Assembly: GCA_022813965.1 (NCBI GenBank)
Contig: JALDZS010000025.1
Coordinates: forward strand, 1-64,000
DNA length: 64,000 bases
Direction: 5' to 3'
Source of the DNA: Toensbergia leucococca
Taxonomy: Eukaryota
Under the pieces are notes generated by a model. The model was not told the origin of the DNA and did no database searches. It saw only the letters and a list, made by a program, of their open reading frames with translations. Shown piece by piece: positions 53,836 through 64,000 of the stretch (its first letter is position 1; the number at the start of each line of letters is the position of its first letter). Position numbers and translations under genes: made by a program.

Positions 53836-54697
53836 TCACGCCTTTGAAATCCTCTTTGATCCAAGCAAATCTTCCAGCAAACCATTCCATAATTCCTTCA
53901 TTACCCCTGGTTCCTTCAGCTTCTCTACCGGGATGCCTGTCATCTTCGCCGCTGCCGCGTTGACCTTGCTAGTCAAATCAAACGGATCAATCTCCATGGC
54001 GTGATTATCAGTAACTTCGCTCATAGCAGAGGGGCTGGCAATATGTGTGCCATCTGCACTAGTGGTCGAGATCTCTGGACGGATGACCGACTCAACAGCT
54101 TCTTGATGAGCCGCGCTCTTGCGAGCTGGGAAAAAGTTGGTAGGGAGCAGGGGAATGCGCATAATTTCGGTTGGAGCAGGCGGAGCTAGCTCAAATTGTG
54201 GCATATAGACAAAATCAATGGTTGAAGAGTCGTGGCTAGCGTTTAGGGAGCGAGTACTATGGAAGAGACGGGTTGAATGGGGCTTTCTAAAGTTGTACAG
54301 GCTTAATTATTTTAGAAGGAACGAGGAAGAATAAACATCTCTCACCTGTGTATGTGGGAAAATTGACCTGGGAGGGTACTTTGAGATTGGCTTGCGTCAC
54401 GAGAAGGAAGGGACTCCGATAGCTTCGTTATGGCTGGTTAGCAAGCAGGCTCGACTTCGAGCTTATGGAGCCAGCATGCGATATCAGTACCTCTGATTTG
54501 CCGGAACTGTCACCAGAGCTCCCATGCTCAATACATTCTTGGGGTTGTTTTACCCCATATCGAGACGAGGGAAGGTTAAGATGTTCCAATGGAGCTGAAG
54601 TGATAGCAGCGATGTGTGATGGACGGAGTTGTTGCTGATATGGCGCAATACGGATCTGTTGCACAGCACGTACTACGGGTACTCGAAACGAGGTCAT
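53836..54697 (-). CDS. Conserved-looking fungal hypothetical protein, probably mitochondrial (3 exons)
   Basis: Basic presequence-like N-terminus; RLFHSTRSLNASHDSSTIDFVYMP; RIPLLP; PSAMSEVTDN; MKELWNGLLEDLLG. Confidence 0.72.
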
Positions 54698-55126
54698 AAC
54701 TCTGGAGTATCACAACCGGGGCTCAAGCTGTTTTACTTTGATAGAATAGAGTCAATGGGCATATCTCCTTTTGAAGGGCGGGGTGACTTGGGCTTGGTAA
54801 TATATTTGACAGTACGGGTACTTGCTACCTAGTGAGCTGCTACCCACCCGAGCGAGCTACCCCACCGGCTCGCTTAGAATATTTTGTTGAGCGAACAAGG
54901 CGGTGAAAATTGAACATACAAGTCACATGTAAAGTAAGACAAAGCGTAAGTATTAATCGTATTCATTACCTACTCGTACTCTTCTACTAAGTCTCACAAG
55001 ATCGAAGCAAGGATTAATGATTGACTTTTGGAAGGATTCTATCCTTTCTCACCCGTTGAAGTGTGAGGCATCGAGGCATCTTGGATCCATTCCCTGAACT
55101 CCGCTAAACCCTAATCTCTCTTCACC

Positions 55127-57133
55127 TCAAGAACTCGGGAGTGTCACTTGCTGCACCCCATCCGTCACTGCATCGACTGGCTCTTTCCCTACCTCAGCAG
55201 CACCCGCTCCGTCCGTCGCCGTTGCTTCTACGCTCTGTTCCTCAAGCTTCTTGGCTCTCTTTTCTGCCTTTTGAGCCTTGTTCGCAGCCTTTTTAGCCGC
55301 AGCCTTCGCCGCTTCTTCCTCCTTGATCATTCTTTCCTTCTGAGTACCACCATACATAGCTCGCCATTCATCTTCCTTTTTTGGGTCAATTGGGCTGAAC
55401 AAATGCTTAGCTTTACCAATCTGATGACCTGGCTTGATATCGTCGGCCGTCCAGCGATCTGGAATGAACAAGAAAGGCGCTTGCAGCTGTTCGAGAATAG
55501 ATTTGGATGTCGCAGGAAGGTAGGGTTCAAAGACACTCGCACAGAGATAGATTATGTTAATGGCTATACCAGTGACTGCGGCCGCTTTCTCAGGCTCCTT
55601 TTCAGCAAGTTTATTGTCGAAACCATTGCTTTGGAGGAAATTATTCCCTGCCTGAGCTATCTGCATCGCACTCTGTATTCCTGCTTTGAGATTGACTGCT
55701 TCTAGATCCTCCACGTATTGCCCTAGATACTGGTTGATCTCTTCCTTGACCTTGTCGAATATTGGGTCATTACTGAATATCCTATAGTCCGGTATCACTG
55801 AATTATAGATCTTGCTATTGACGAGCTTTATAACACGATTCACGAAGTTTCCAAGTTTGGCTAGAAGCTCACTGTTGTTCTGTTCAATGAAATATCTCCA
55901 TTCGAACTGAGTATCTCCCGTCTCCGGTCGATTCTTCAGGAGGTAGTATCGCCATACGTCAGGGTGCACCCCAGTGTCCTTTGCATTATTTCCAAAGACG
56001 CCGATGCCACGGGACTTTGAAAATTTTCCATTCTCATAATTCAGATATTCCGTCGTCGATAGGTGATGCAACATAGTCCACTGCTCACCGGTACCAATCT
56101 GAGACCCAGGGAAAATGATGGAATGAAACGGGACATTATCCTTGCCCATAAATTGGTAAAGCTGCACATTTTCAGGATCCCTCCACCATTTCTCCCACTC
56201 CTCTGTGTAATTGGCTGTTATCGAGACGTAGCCAATACATGCATCAAACCATACATAAAATACCTTGTCTTTGTATATCTCCTTTTCCTTCTCAAATTCA
56301 AAGACATCGAGTGGTACGGGTGTTCCCCACTTGAGGTCTCGAGTAATTCCCCTGTCCCGTAACCCCTGCTTTAACCATGATTCCGCGATGATTTTTCCAT
56401 TCCTAGACCATGCACCGTCCTTACTAGCTTTTCTAAACCAATCTTCTATGCTGGGCTGCAGCTTGTCGAGCTGGAGGTGAATATGCCTGGTTTCACGCGC
56501 TACTGGCGTGACATCAGGGTCAATCTTGCATCGAGCATTCTTCAGATCTAGCGGCTCATAATCGACCGATCCGCAAGCATCGCATTGGTCTCCACGCGCA
56601 TCTTCATAGCCGCATTTGGGACATGTGCCTTCAATGAACCGGTCCGCCAGGAAGGACTTGTGTTTCTCGCAGTACGGTTGTCGTGAGGTCCTCTCGATCA
56701 AAAATCCGTTTTTATGCAAATTCCTAAAGATATCCTGGGTAATGTCCTTTTGCTGGTGTGTAGATGTTCGTCCAAATATATCGAAACCTATCTCAAACCA
56801 TTCGTATATGTCTGCATGTATTTTGTTGTATTTGTCGCATAATTCTCTAGGCGTGACACCCTCCTCTAATGCCTTTGTTTCCGTGGCAGTCCCGTATTCG
56901 TCGGTGCCGCAAACATAGAGAGTAGGTCGTCCTCGAGCTTTGTTGTATCTGATCTGTTCAGTGGGATCTGGCTGACCTCATGGAATCCATGCTCACCTCG
57001 AAAATACATCGGCACTGAGCACGCTACCTACAATATTACCAAGGTGAGGTACATTGTTGACATACGGTAGGGCGCTGCTGATGAGAATATTCCTTTGGCC
57101 CTTTTTGGGCAGTATCTTTTCTCCTGCGTCCAT
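55127..57133 (-). CDS. MES1: Cytoplasmic methionyl-tRNA synthetase (2 exons)
   Basis: [14 protein letters not shown] (HIGH-like); [10 protein letters not shown]; Zn knuckle [33 protein letters not shown]. Confidence 0.97.
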
Positions 57134-57421
57134 GATATGAGTTGTAAGTTGAGAAGAAATAAAAAGAATCAGATGCTGAAGCTTGAGCTCAAGCTACTCC
57201 AGGTGACTCAGGGTCTGAGCTCGTCGCTTGACAGAGTACGGAGGTAACGGAGGTACGTAATTTTAGCATAGATTACCTGTATGTACCTACCTATCCTACG
57301 CTATCCGTAAAGTAGCAGATACCTAATAGGTAAGACTTCATCACTGAATCACCTGCAGATTTTGATACTTATCACATGTTCGAGCTGCGTTAACGTCGAT
57401 TTGGGGGTTTCTGTCAACAAG

Positions 57422-58054
57422 ATGCAAGATGACCCATTCGACAGCTTGCTTGGCCTAGAGGACGCCTTTTACGACGACGGTTTCAGATTAGGCGTGGCTG
57501 AAGGCAACCGAGCCGGGAATGTTGAAGGTCGCCTTTTTGGACTCGAAAAGGGGTTTGAGAAGTATGTTAGTATGGGCAAATTGTATGGCAGATCAGTGGT
57601 TTGGGCTGGCAGATTGCCATCCTCGACAAAGCACCACGTGATCGAGGAAGCCCCTAAGAAGGAAAGATGTGCAATAATGGGAGATGATGACTGCTCCAAA
57701 TCACCATCGATTCTGCGCTACCAGGCGCAAGATACATATCCTAGAGCAGACCATCCGCCAGAGTCAACAATAATAGAAGGCCCACGATTACCGGTGCTAT
57801 CAAAGAATGCGCGCCTGGAGAAACACGTTCGCACACTCTATGCTCTTGTCGAGGCTGACAGTCTGTCAACGCAGAACAACGAGGACTCTGTTTCTGAGTT
57901 TGACGATCGTTTGAAGAGGGCCCAGGGCCGAATCAAGATCATCGAGAAGTTTGTTGGAGAATCCAGTAAAGGAGATATCAGCGAAGGGAACATTGACAGA
58001 AGTGATGGGCTAGGCAATATTGAGGATATCAATAGCCCGCAAGCCAGACATTAA
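57422..58054 (+). CDS. LTO1: Lto1/ORAOV1-family (Yae1_N/DUF1715) protein
   Basis: MQDDPFDSLLGLEDAFYDDGFRLGVAEGNRAG..EGRLFGLEKGFEKY deca-GX3 motif; divergent from MES1. Confidence 0.82.
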   Translation: MQDDPFDSLLGLEDAFYDDGFRLGVAEGNRAGNVEGRLFGLEKGFEKYVSMGKLYGRSVVWAGRLPSSTKHHVIEEAPKKERCAIMGDDDCSKSPSILRYQAQDTYPRADHPPESTIIEGPRLPVLSKNARLEKHVRTLYALVEADSLSTQNNEDSVSEFDDRLKRAQGRIKIIEKFVGESSKGDISEGNIDRSDGLGNIEDINSPQARH

Positions 58055-60118
58055 TGTTAGTTGTCAATACCCGACTGACCCTTGAGTCCCCACCCCCATC
58101 CCCCTCCCCACGCTAAGACTGGTAGCTGGCGATCCTACCCCACTCGCCACACAATCCCCGCATTTATATTCCTGTCGGCAAGACGTCTGTTCATTTTAGA
58201 AAAGCTGAATGCGATATTGTACAATGTACCGGCAAGTCTTGGACGTTTGTCGGCTCCATCAGATCTCTACCATCAAAACAGCTTGCCCTGGACGAGAAGC
58301 AACGGAGGCTGAGTCTCCCAGTGTCAATCCAAATTCTGCCTCGGCCCTTAGTGCCGTTCCGACCTGTTGGCCCCTGTTTCGGTATGATTAGAAATCTGGT
58401 ATGGAGATCGCAGATCTATGGTCTCTTTTATTTGGAGATTTACCATTCAAACCTTGATGAGTGATTATGTGTCCTATGCTGAACTTACAAAATAGAGGCT
58501 CAGGGCATCAACGAAAGCAAATGGTGCTTGGAGCTTGAAGCTGCAGTAAAGAGGTCTAGCATGTTGGACGAGTGATTGAGTACCTGGGATTGTCTGACGT
58601 CATCGTCTGGTCCGCCTTTAATTGGGACTTTTTGGGCTTATCAGCAGGGAATTAATTTTATTGTTTTGCAAGATTTCATGTGGCTATGCTACTGCAGCAT
58701 CGATCTCCTGTTCAGATGAATACAGGGGTTATCTACTGGAAACGCTATACTTTGACGCTTCTACTAATCTGGCTTCTTGCGGAGTTCATCATGCCCTTAG
58801 AAGCGAAGCACCCCAAGCAACCCTAAATGGAGTGAAAATGGAACCGGGCAACATGACTTGGAAAATCTTGAGGCTCCTTGCACAAAAATGGAGCACCCTC
58901 GCCAGATTTTCCTACTCAATTTAGACTTCATCCAATTCCCACCATAATCGACTCCTTTTAGGCCACCTCGCTGGGTAAATCCCCATGAAGTGAGGCCATT
59001 TGCCCATGAATTCTGGCGTTGATTCATAGAATCTGTAACGGCAACGCCTATTGTGGGAAAAGAACTGAAGTTGGGCATCGTGTTGGCACCACTGCTAGGG
59101 TGAAACTTTCCCCTTAAACGCACTCTGTTCTGTTGATGACTCGCAAAGCGTAGGTGTCAAGGCGCGACAGTTCATGAGCGCCGGCTGAGAATAAGCTAGA
59201 TGTATGGCGTATAGGCACCGAGGATGATGAGAAGAAGACGACGTATGTTGCTGCAAAGGAGATAGAGAAGGAAACACTCGCTTCTGCAGCAAACCTAGGG
59301 ATCGTAATCAATAACATGGTAGGTACGTACAATGTTCTGGGCGAAGAACATTGAATGTATTAATAAGGCAAGACGTCTTTAACCAGAGATGGGTTCTGCT
59401 CTTCGTTCGAACTGTCAGACTGGATGTATGTCGTGGGAAAAGCAGAGTCAAATCATGCACGACGATATTAGGGGAAACGTGAACCTATCTAGTCCACGAA
59501 AGAAAGACTCGAGACGTCCCCGTCACCTGGAAGAGCGCAGGGCTTTATTCAGGGAGTGATGTTTTGTTTAGGTATGCTGTCAAAGGACAGATCATATATC
59601 ATTGCTCTCTTCGAATCCGCCAACAGATATGAACAAACGTGATCCCACTATCAGTCAAGAAAACGCTGAACATGAATAAAAAGTATCCGCCTATGTACAA
59701 CGTGGGGGGATAGTGGATGCTTTCTCACATGGAGATACTCTGTCTACTCTGACATCAATTCAGACAAAGTGAACAACATCGGTACAAAGGATCGTTAAGC
59801 TCCATCAAGCTGTAGAGTCTTCCCTGAAAATCCAGACGAAGAGACTTTGCAGTCTGACCTATTGAAGACGGCAAGGTGAGCAACGTAAGCCTCCTTGGCT
59901 TCGGAGCATTCCTCCAACCATTGAACTTGGAGTTCTAGGAATCACGTGATGTTCGTGGACCGAATCAATATCAAGATTTTTGGCTTGAGAGACGCCTCCA
60001 GTCATGATCCATAAATTGTGTTGCCAATCTAGCGTCGTCGATGAGATCTGGGCAGCCGTTCCCCTTAGAAATTCACCATTCTTGGCTTCGTCCAATTCAA
60101 TCTTCTGACCACCATCGC

Positions 60119-61500
60119 TCAATCAGACTTCCAGTGACTAGTCAATCCTCCGTCTAAGTCTTCTTTCCCGAGGTACAACTCCAATGCGTACAGCGCCATA
60201 GTCCCAGCAACATTAATCCATCGCCACAGGTTTCCACCGACATCTCCGCCTTGGCTTGTCCACCAGTCCCCACCATTCTCGCCACTTGTTGACGCGAAAT
60301 ACTGCATCAAGAGACTGGTATAGACAGCGACCAATATAGTCGGGCTGAACCAGCTGAGCAAGCCAAGGAGTTGACCAGCCCCATCAGAATCCTCAAGAGA
60401 GGCTTCCTGCGATAGTGCGCGAGCTCCGGATTCACGCACCGCTGGGATAATCCTCGTTGAAGCATAGAGAACAAATAGCCGATAAGCGAGTGATATGATG
60501 ACTGATGGAGTAATAGTGCTTAGAGCGGCAGTACTGAAATCGACGGTTGCGTGTATGACTGAAGGCAGTGTCCCAAGAGCTTGTAGTAGCGTAGAATAAG
60601 AAGCCATGATGATAGGTGGGAAAGGCGGGAAATCTGCGGCCTGCGACGGTGGAGGTGGTGGTTCGGCAGTGTAGGACGGTTGGTAATCGGTAAATATCTG
60701 GTATATGCAAAGCACGATGTAGGCAAATAAGAGGGAGCTTTCCACAGGGTTCCCTTTGCCGCTGCCAATCCCCCAAGCACATAGGAAGACGGCGCAAGTA
60801 ATAGTAATACCAATCAACGTAGCATCGACATTACCAATCTCAGGGAACTGTGTGATGCGCCACAAGAAGTACACCGAGCTCGAGATTATGGAAGCTGACG
60901 TGACCAGCAGTCCGATCTGGATGACAGTAAATTCAGCATCTCACGTTTGCGACACTCAATGGATAAACAAACCATCCAACTATCGCTCCTTCCTCCCCTG
61001 TTCACCAGCCAGCGAGTGATTTGCCCGGCAGACTGAATGACCAGCAAGCTACAGAATCCTTCACAGAGCTGGAATACAGGAGCTGACCATCGAAGTATTT
61101 TATCCCAACTGCCAACGGTGGCGGTTTCTAGGAGCCCGTCAGGCCCAAAGATCCATTCTCTTACAGATTGATTGTAGGCCCTTTTCCCGCTAAAGGTCCT
61201 TTCGACCCATCCGCTACTGCCATCGGAATCGACGGAGAAACGGTTCAAAGACCAGATCAGAAGCGAAGGTAGCACAATCCACTGTGTCCAACCAATGATC
61301 TGTATTAGGGCGTAGCGATAGCGGGAGTGGTCTGGCGTAGCTAAGCGTAGGGCCGAGTAAAAGAAATAAAAGGAGGCTAGCGACAAGGAGAAAGCAAGGC
61401 CACAGAGTCTACCACCGACATCGAAAGCTAGCGGTATGGTGAGGATTATCGAAGTCAAGAAGACAACAGAGGAGACGATACGCAAAGGCCACATCAGCAT
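60119..61500 (-). CDS. ICE2: ER membrane protein Ice2 (2 exons)
   Basis: LTIPLAFDVGGRLCGLAFSLSL; PVFQLCEGFCSLLVIQSAGQ; ESSLLFAYIVLCIYQIF; SPTILVAVYTSLLMQY; WRWINV. Confidence 0.93.
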
Positions 61501-62267
61501 CAATTCGAGCCAACAATGGCCAGTAATGGGCGGTGAAAGTGAGGATTAAAGCACTTCGGCAGCGGTTCCACCATTTGTTGCAGAGCTTTGATCAGGTATG
61601 GTACACTTTCGAGACTGAATTTGAATCGGACGACAGGATGTTGGGAGTTGTAAGGCTATAATGATGTAGGAGGGTGATGATGAGGTTGGCCTTTCAATCA
61701 AGAAAAAGCTGGCCCTTCTAGCCTCATTCGCTCGATTGACCTCTTCTGTCGCGTGCTCCGATTCCGATAGTGGACCGCGTATCGCGCTACTACTCGTTGT
61801 GTAAGGCTCAGGCAACTGCAGTCGCATCACAATCCAGAAGTCGAAGATCTGTCACAGCTTTGACGAATAGGGCGACTTGGGTTGTTGAGAAATGTAGGAC
61901 TATCATATCAATAAATACTCCGTATGTTTTGGAACAGATCTCGGCTGCATTTGAGCACCTCGGCGCGGGACTACTCTCTACCGTACTCCGGCCCACTAGA
62001 ACTATTCTATTGAGCTACGAGTACTCCGTACCTCGTAAATTACGTAAAAACTTTCCGACGACATACGATACTAATACTGGCCAGCTCCGGCTATTAAGGC
62101 CCATGAGCTTGGAGTGAAACTGCACGAGCAATTCCAAAACGACCGATATGACATTATGTAGCCCGAAACAAATGGTGACGACATGGAGAGATGTATTCTC
62201 CAACGCCAGAGCCAGACGCCTCCCTCAAAAATTTGGAGATGGTGTTTGGTCTTAGATGCTTGCTGCC

Positions 62268-63725
62268 TTACCAAGGAGGACCAAACATTCCGAGAGGCCG
62301 CCAAACGTCCCACCAATGCTTTTTCTTTCCCTTCTCCTTGGCCTTTCTTTCTTTCTCCTTCCTCTCTGCTTCCCTTTTCTTCTCTGCCTCGGCTTTTCTA
62401 TCTGTCTCTGCCCTCTCCTCTTGGGCTTTCCGCGTCGCCTCAGCTTTTCTGGCGTTTTCGGCGTCAATCAACCTCTGTACCTCTGCTCGCACTTCAGCTT
62501 CATGCTGGTTCCAGGCAGCAAGACGCTTCCTCTCGTCTTCTTTTTCCTTTTCCTCCTTTGCCTTCTGTGCATTTTGTTTTTCTCTGGCCTCTCTGTCCTT
62601 GGCCTGTTGTGCTTCCCTGGCCGCCTGCTCTTCTTTGGCTTTTCTGTCTCTGGCCTCTTGTGCTTCTTTGACCTTTCTCTCTCTTGCCTCTTGCTTTTTT
62701 CTAGCCTTTCTGTCTTTAGCCTCTTGTTCCTGTTTTGCCTTTTGCCTTTCCTGTTCCTCTTTGATGTATTCCTGCCGAGCCTTCTCCACGCGACGCTCTT
62801 CCTCTGTCTCGGCCTCTTTCTCGGCCTCTTTTGCTAGATTATCTCTCTCCTCCTGCAGTCTGTCCGCAGCCGCCTTTGCACGTTTCGCAGCATCGTCCAT
62901 TTGAGTTTGAGTTAGCGGCCGTAATTCCGCGGCTGGCTGCTTGCCTTTTGGCGACTTACCTCTGCCCGAGTAAGGAGGATCCGAAGCAGGATATTGTGGG
63001 CGTGGAAAAGGTGGGAGGTTAGGGAACTCTGGGGAAGGGAATATCGAAGGAACAGTCGGTGGTGGAGGTAGGATAGGTGGAGGCTTGGGCACAACAAGGC
63101 TGGATGGACCGTCGATTCGTAGAAATGGAGGTGGACTAGGTGGAGGCGAGACGGGTGGAGGCGAGAGAGATGGCGAGATAGGTGGAGGTGAAGGCGGAGG
63201 AGAAGGAGGTGGGACGGGTGGAGGCGAAGGCGGAGGAGACAGGGGTATTTTGGGAGGGACTGGTGGAGGCGAAGGCGGAAGAGAAGGAGGTGGAAGAGAT
63301 GGTGGGACGGATGGTGGTGAGGGTGGTAGAGATGGAGGAGGTGGGACAGGTGGAGGGGGAGAAGATGGAAGAAGAGTGTCAGGAGCCGTTTGAGGAGGCG
63401 GGACGGCCGGCTGAGCATCCGCAGGCATGTCTGGTTGAGGGTCTGAACCTTTAGGCCCAAATGCATTGATAGCTACACCGACTGCGGTGCCCGCAACAGT
63501 GACTCCACCAGCAACGGAGCCAGCGATTGCTCCTTCATGATCATTTTGAGGTTTTTTGGCTTGGACGAGAATACTCGGTGTTTCTTGCGCTGACAGAGAG
63601 GTGGTTGAAATAATGCTACTGGAGCCTGAAGGTAATGGGCGAGCAGAGACACACAAGTGTGGGCTGAGTGTGAGCGAGTACCAAAAAAGGCTGACCCAGG
63701 TGAACAGATGACTGAAGGGTGCCAT
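62268..63725 (-). CDS. Orphan 485-aa protein: signal peptide, Gly/Ala TM-like segment, Pro-rich linker, charged coiled coil
   Basis: Intronless ORF with ATG in CCTATGG context; modular composition; Trp-rich C-terminus HWWDVWRPLGMFGPPW. Confidence 0.72.
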   Translation of the reverse strand: MAPFSHLFTWVSLFWYSLTLSPHLCVSARPLPSGSSSIISTTSLSAQETPSILVQAKKPQNDHEGAIAGSVAGGVTVAGTAVGVAINAFGPKGSDPQPDMPADAQPAVPPPQTAPDTLLPSSPPPPVPPPPSLPPSPPSVPPSLPPPSLPPSPPPVPPKIPLSPPPSPPPVPPPSPPPSPPPISPSLSPPPVSPPPSPPPFLRIDGPSSLVVPKPPPILPPPPTVPSIFPSPEFPNLPPFPRPQYPASDPPYSGRGKSPKGKQPAAELRPLTQTQMDDAAKRAKAAADRLQEERDNLAKEAEKEAETEEERRVEKARQEYIKEEQERQKAKQEQEAKDRKARKKQEARERKVKEAQEARDRKAKEEQAAREAQQAKDREAREKQNAQKAKEEKEKEDERKRLAAWNQHEAEVRAEVQRLIDAENARKAEATRKAQEERAETDRKAEAEKKREAERKEKERKAKEKGKKKHWWDVWRPLGMFGPPW

Positions 63726-64000
63726 AGGAAGGTGTTTGTCTGTTGAAAAGACTCAATACATTGATTTATGGAATGGCAATATACTGAATCCTTCTTGACG
63801 TATCAAGATCTTGATAGTGTGTTAAGTCGACTTGAATTGTATTGAATTGGATGGAACTGAGTTGAATTATCTGGTCCCGAACGTTGTATTGGTTTGAGTG
63901 TAAAGGAGAGAGAATTCAATGGTTGAATACTAATTTGTTTCGAAATGCAGATACTTCAGAAGAGACAAAGCAGAGTACTTATGTGAGAATAGGAAACCTA

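Noticed and set aside
54831..54873. Short hairpin/direct repeat (GCTACCCACC x2; AGCGAGC...GCTCGCT)
   Set aside because: Too short to distinguish from chance, and no known RNA structure is recognisable.
62183..63466. Overlapping long ORFs (F/L/S-rich, Gly-rich, His/Leu-rich)
   Set aside because: Stop-free alternative and antisense frames generated by the low-complexity coiled-coil and Pro repeats of the 485-aa ORF.

Overview
Gene-dense region of a filamentous ascomycete (Pezizomycotina; short GT-AG introns with CTRAC branch sites). It carries about 21 mostly housekeeping genes, including RPP1, a PQ-loop transporter, PEX19, UBC9, asparagine synthetase, VDAC/porin, a J-domain protein, MAP2, DES1, SCS2, a UBX protein, RAD52, an AVT2-like transporter, a CtsD-like protease, MES1, LTO1 and ICE2. 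A 15.3 kb AT-rich block with RIP-like C>T/G>A decay (7257-22586) sits inside the short divergent PEX19/UBC9 promoter. By hand this block resolves into four nested elements, each with its own termini and target-site duplication (TSD). From outside in: a non-autonomous TIR DNA transposon (43-bp TIR, 8-bp TSD), a ~1.1 kb copia-primed TRIM-like element, a Ty3/gypsy chromovirus, and a Ty1/copia element. Other points of interest are a decayed small secreted 8-Cys effector-like gene that the ORF track misses, an orphan signal/TM/Pro-rich/coiled-coil ORF, a probable GC-AG intron in PEX19, and ten copies of TACTCCGTA found only in upstream intergenic DNA. I found no convincing new multi-gene system. 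All gene identities come from motif recognition, not from database searches.
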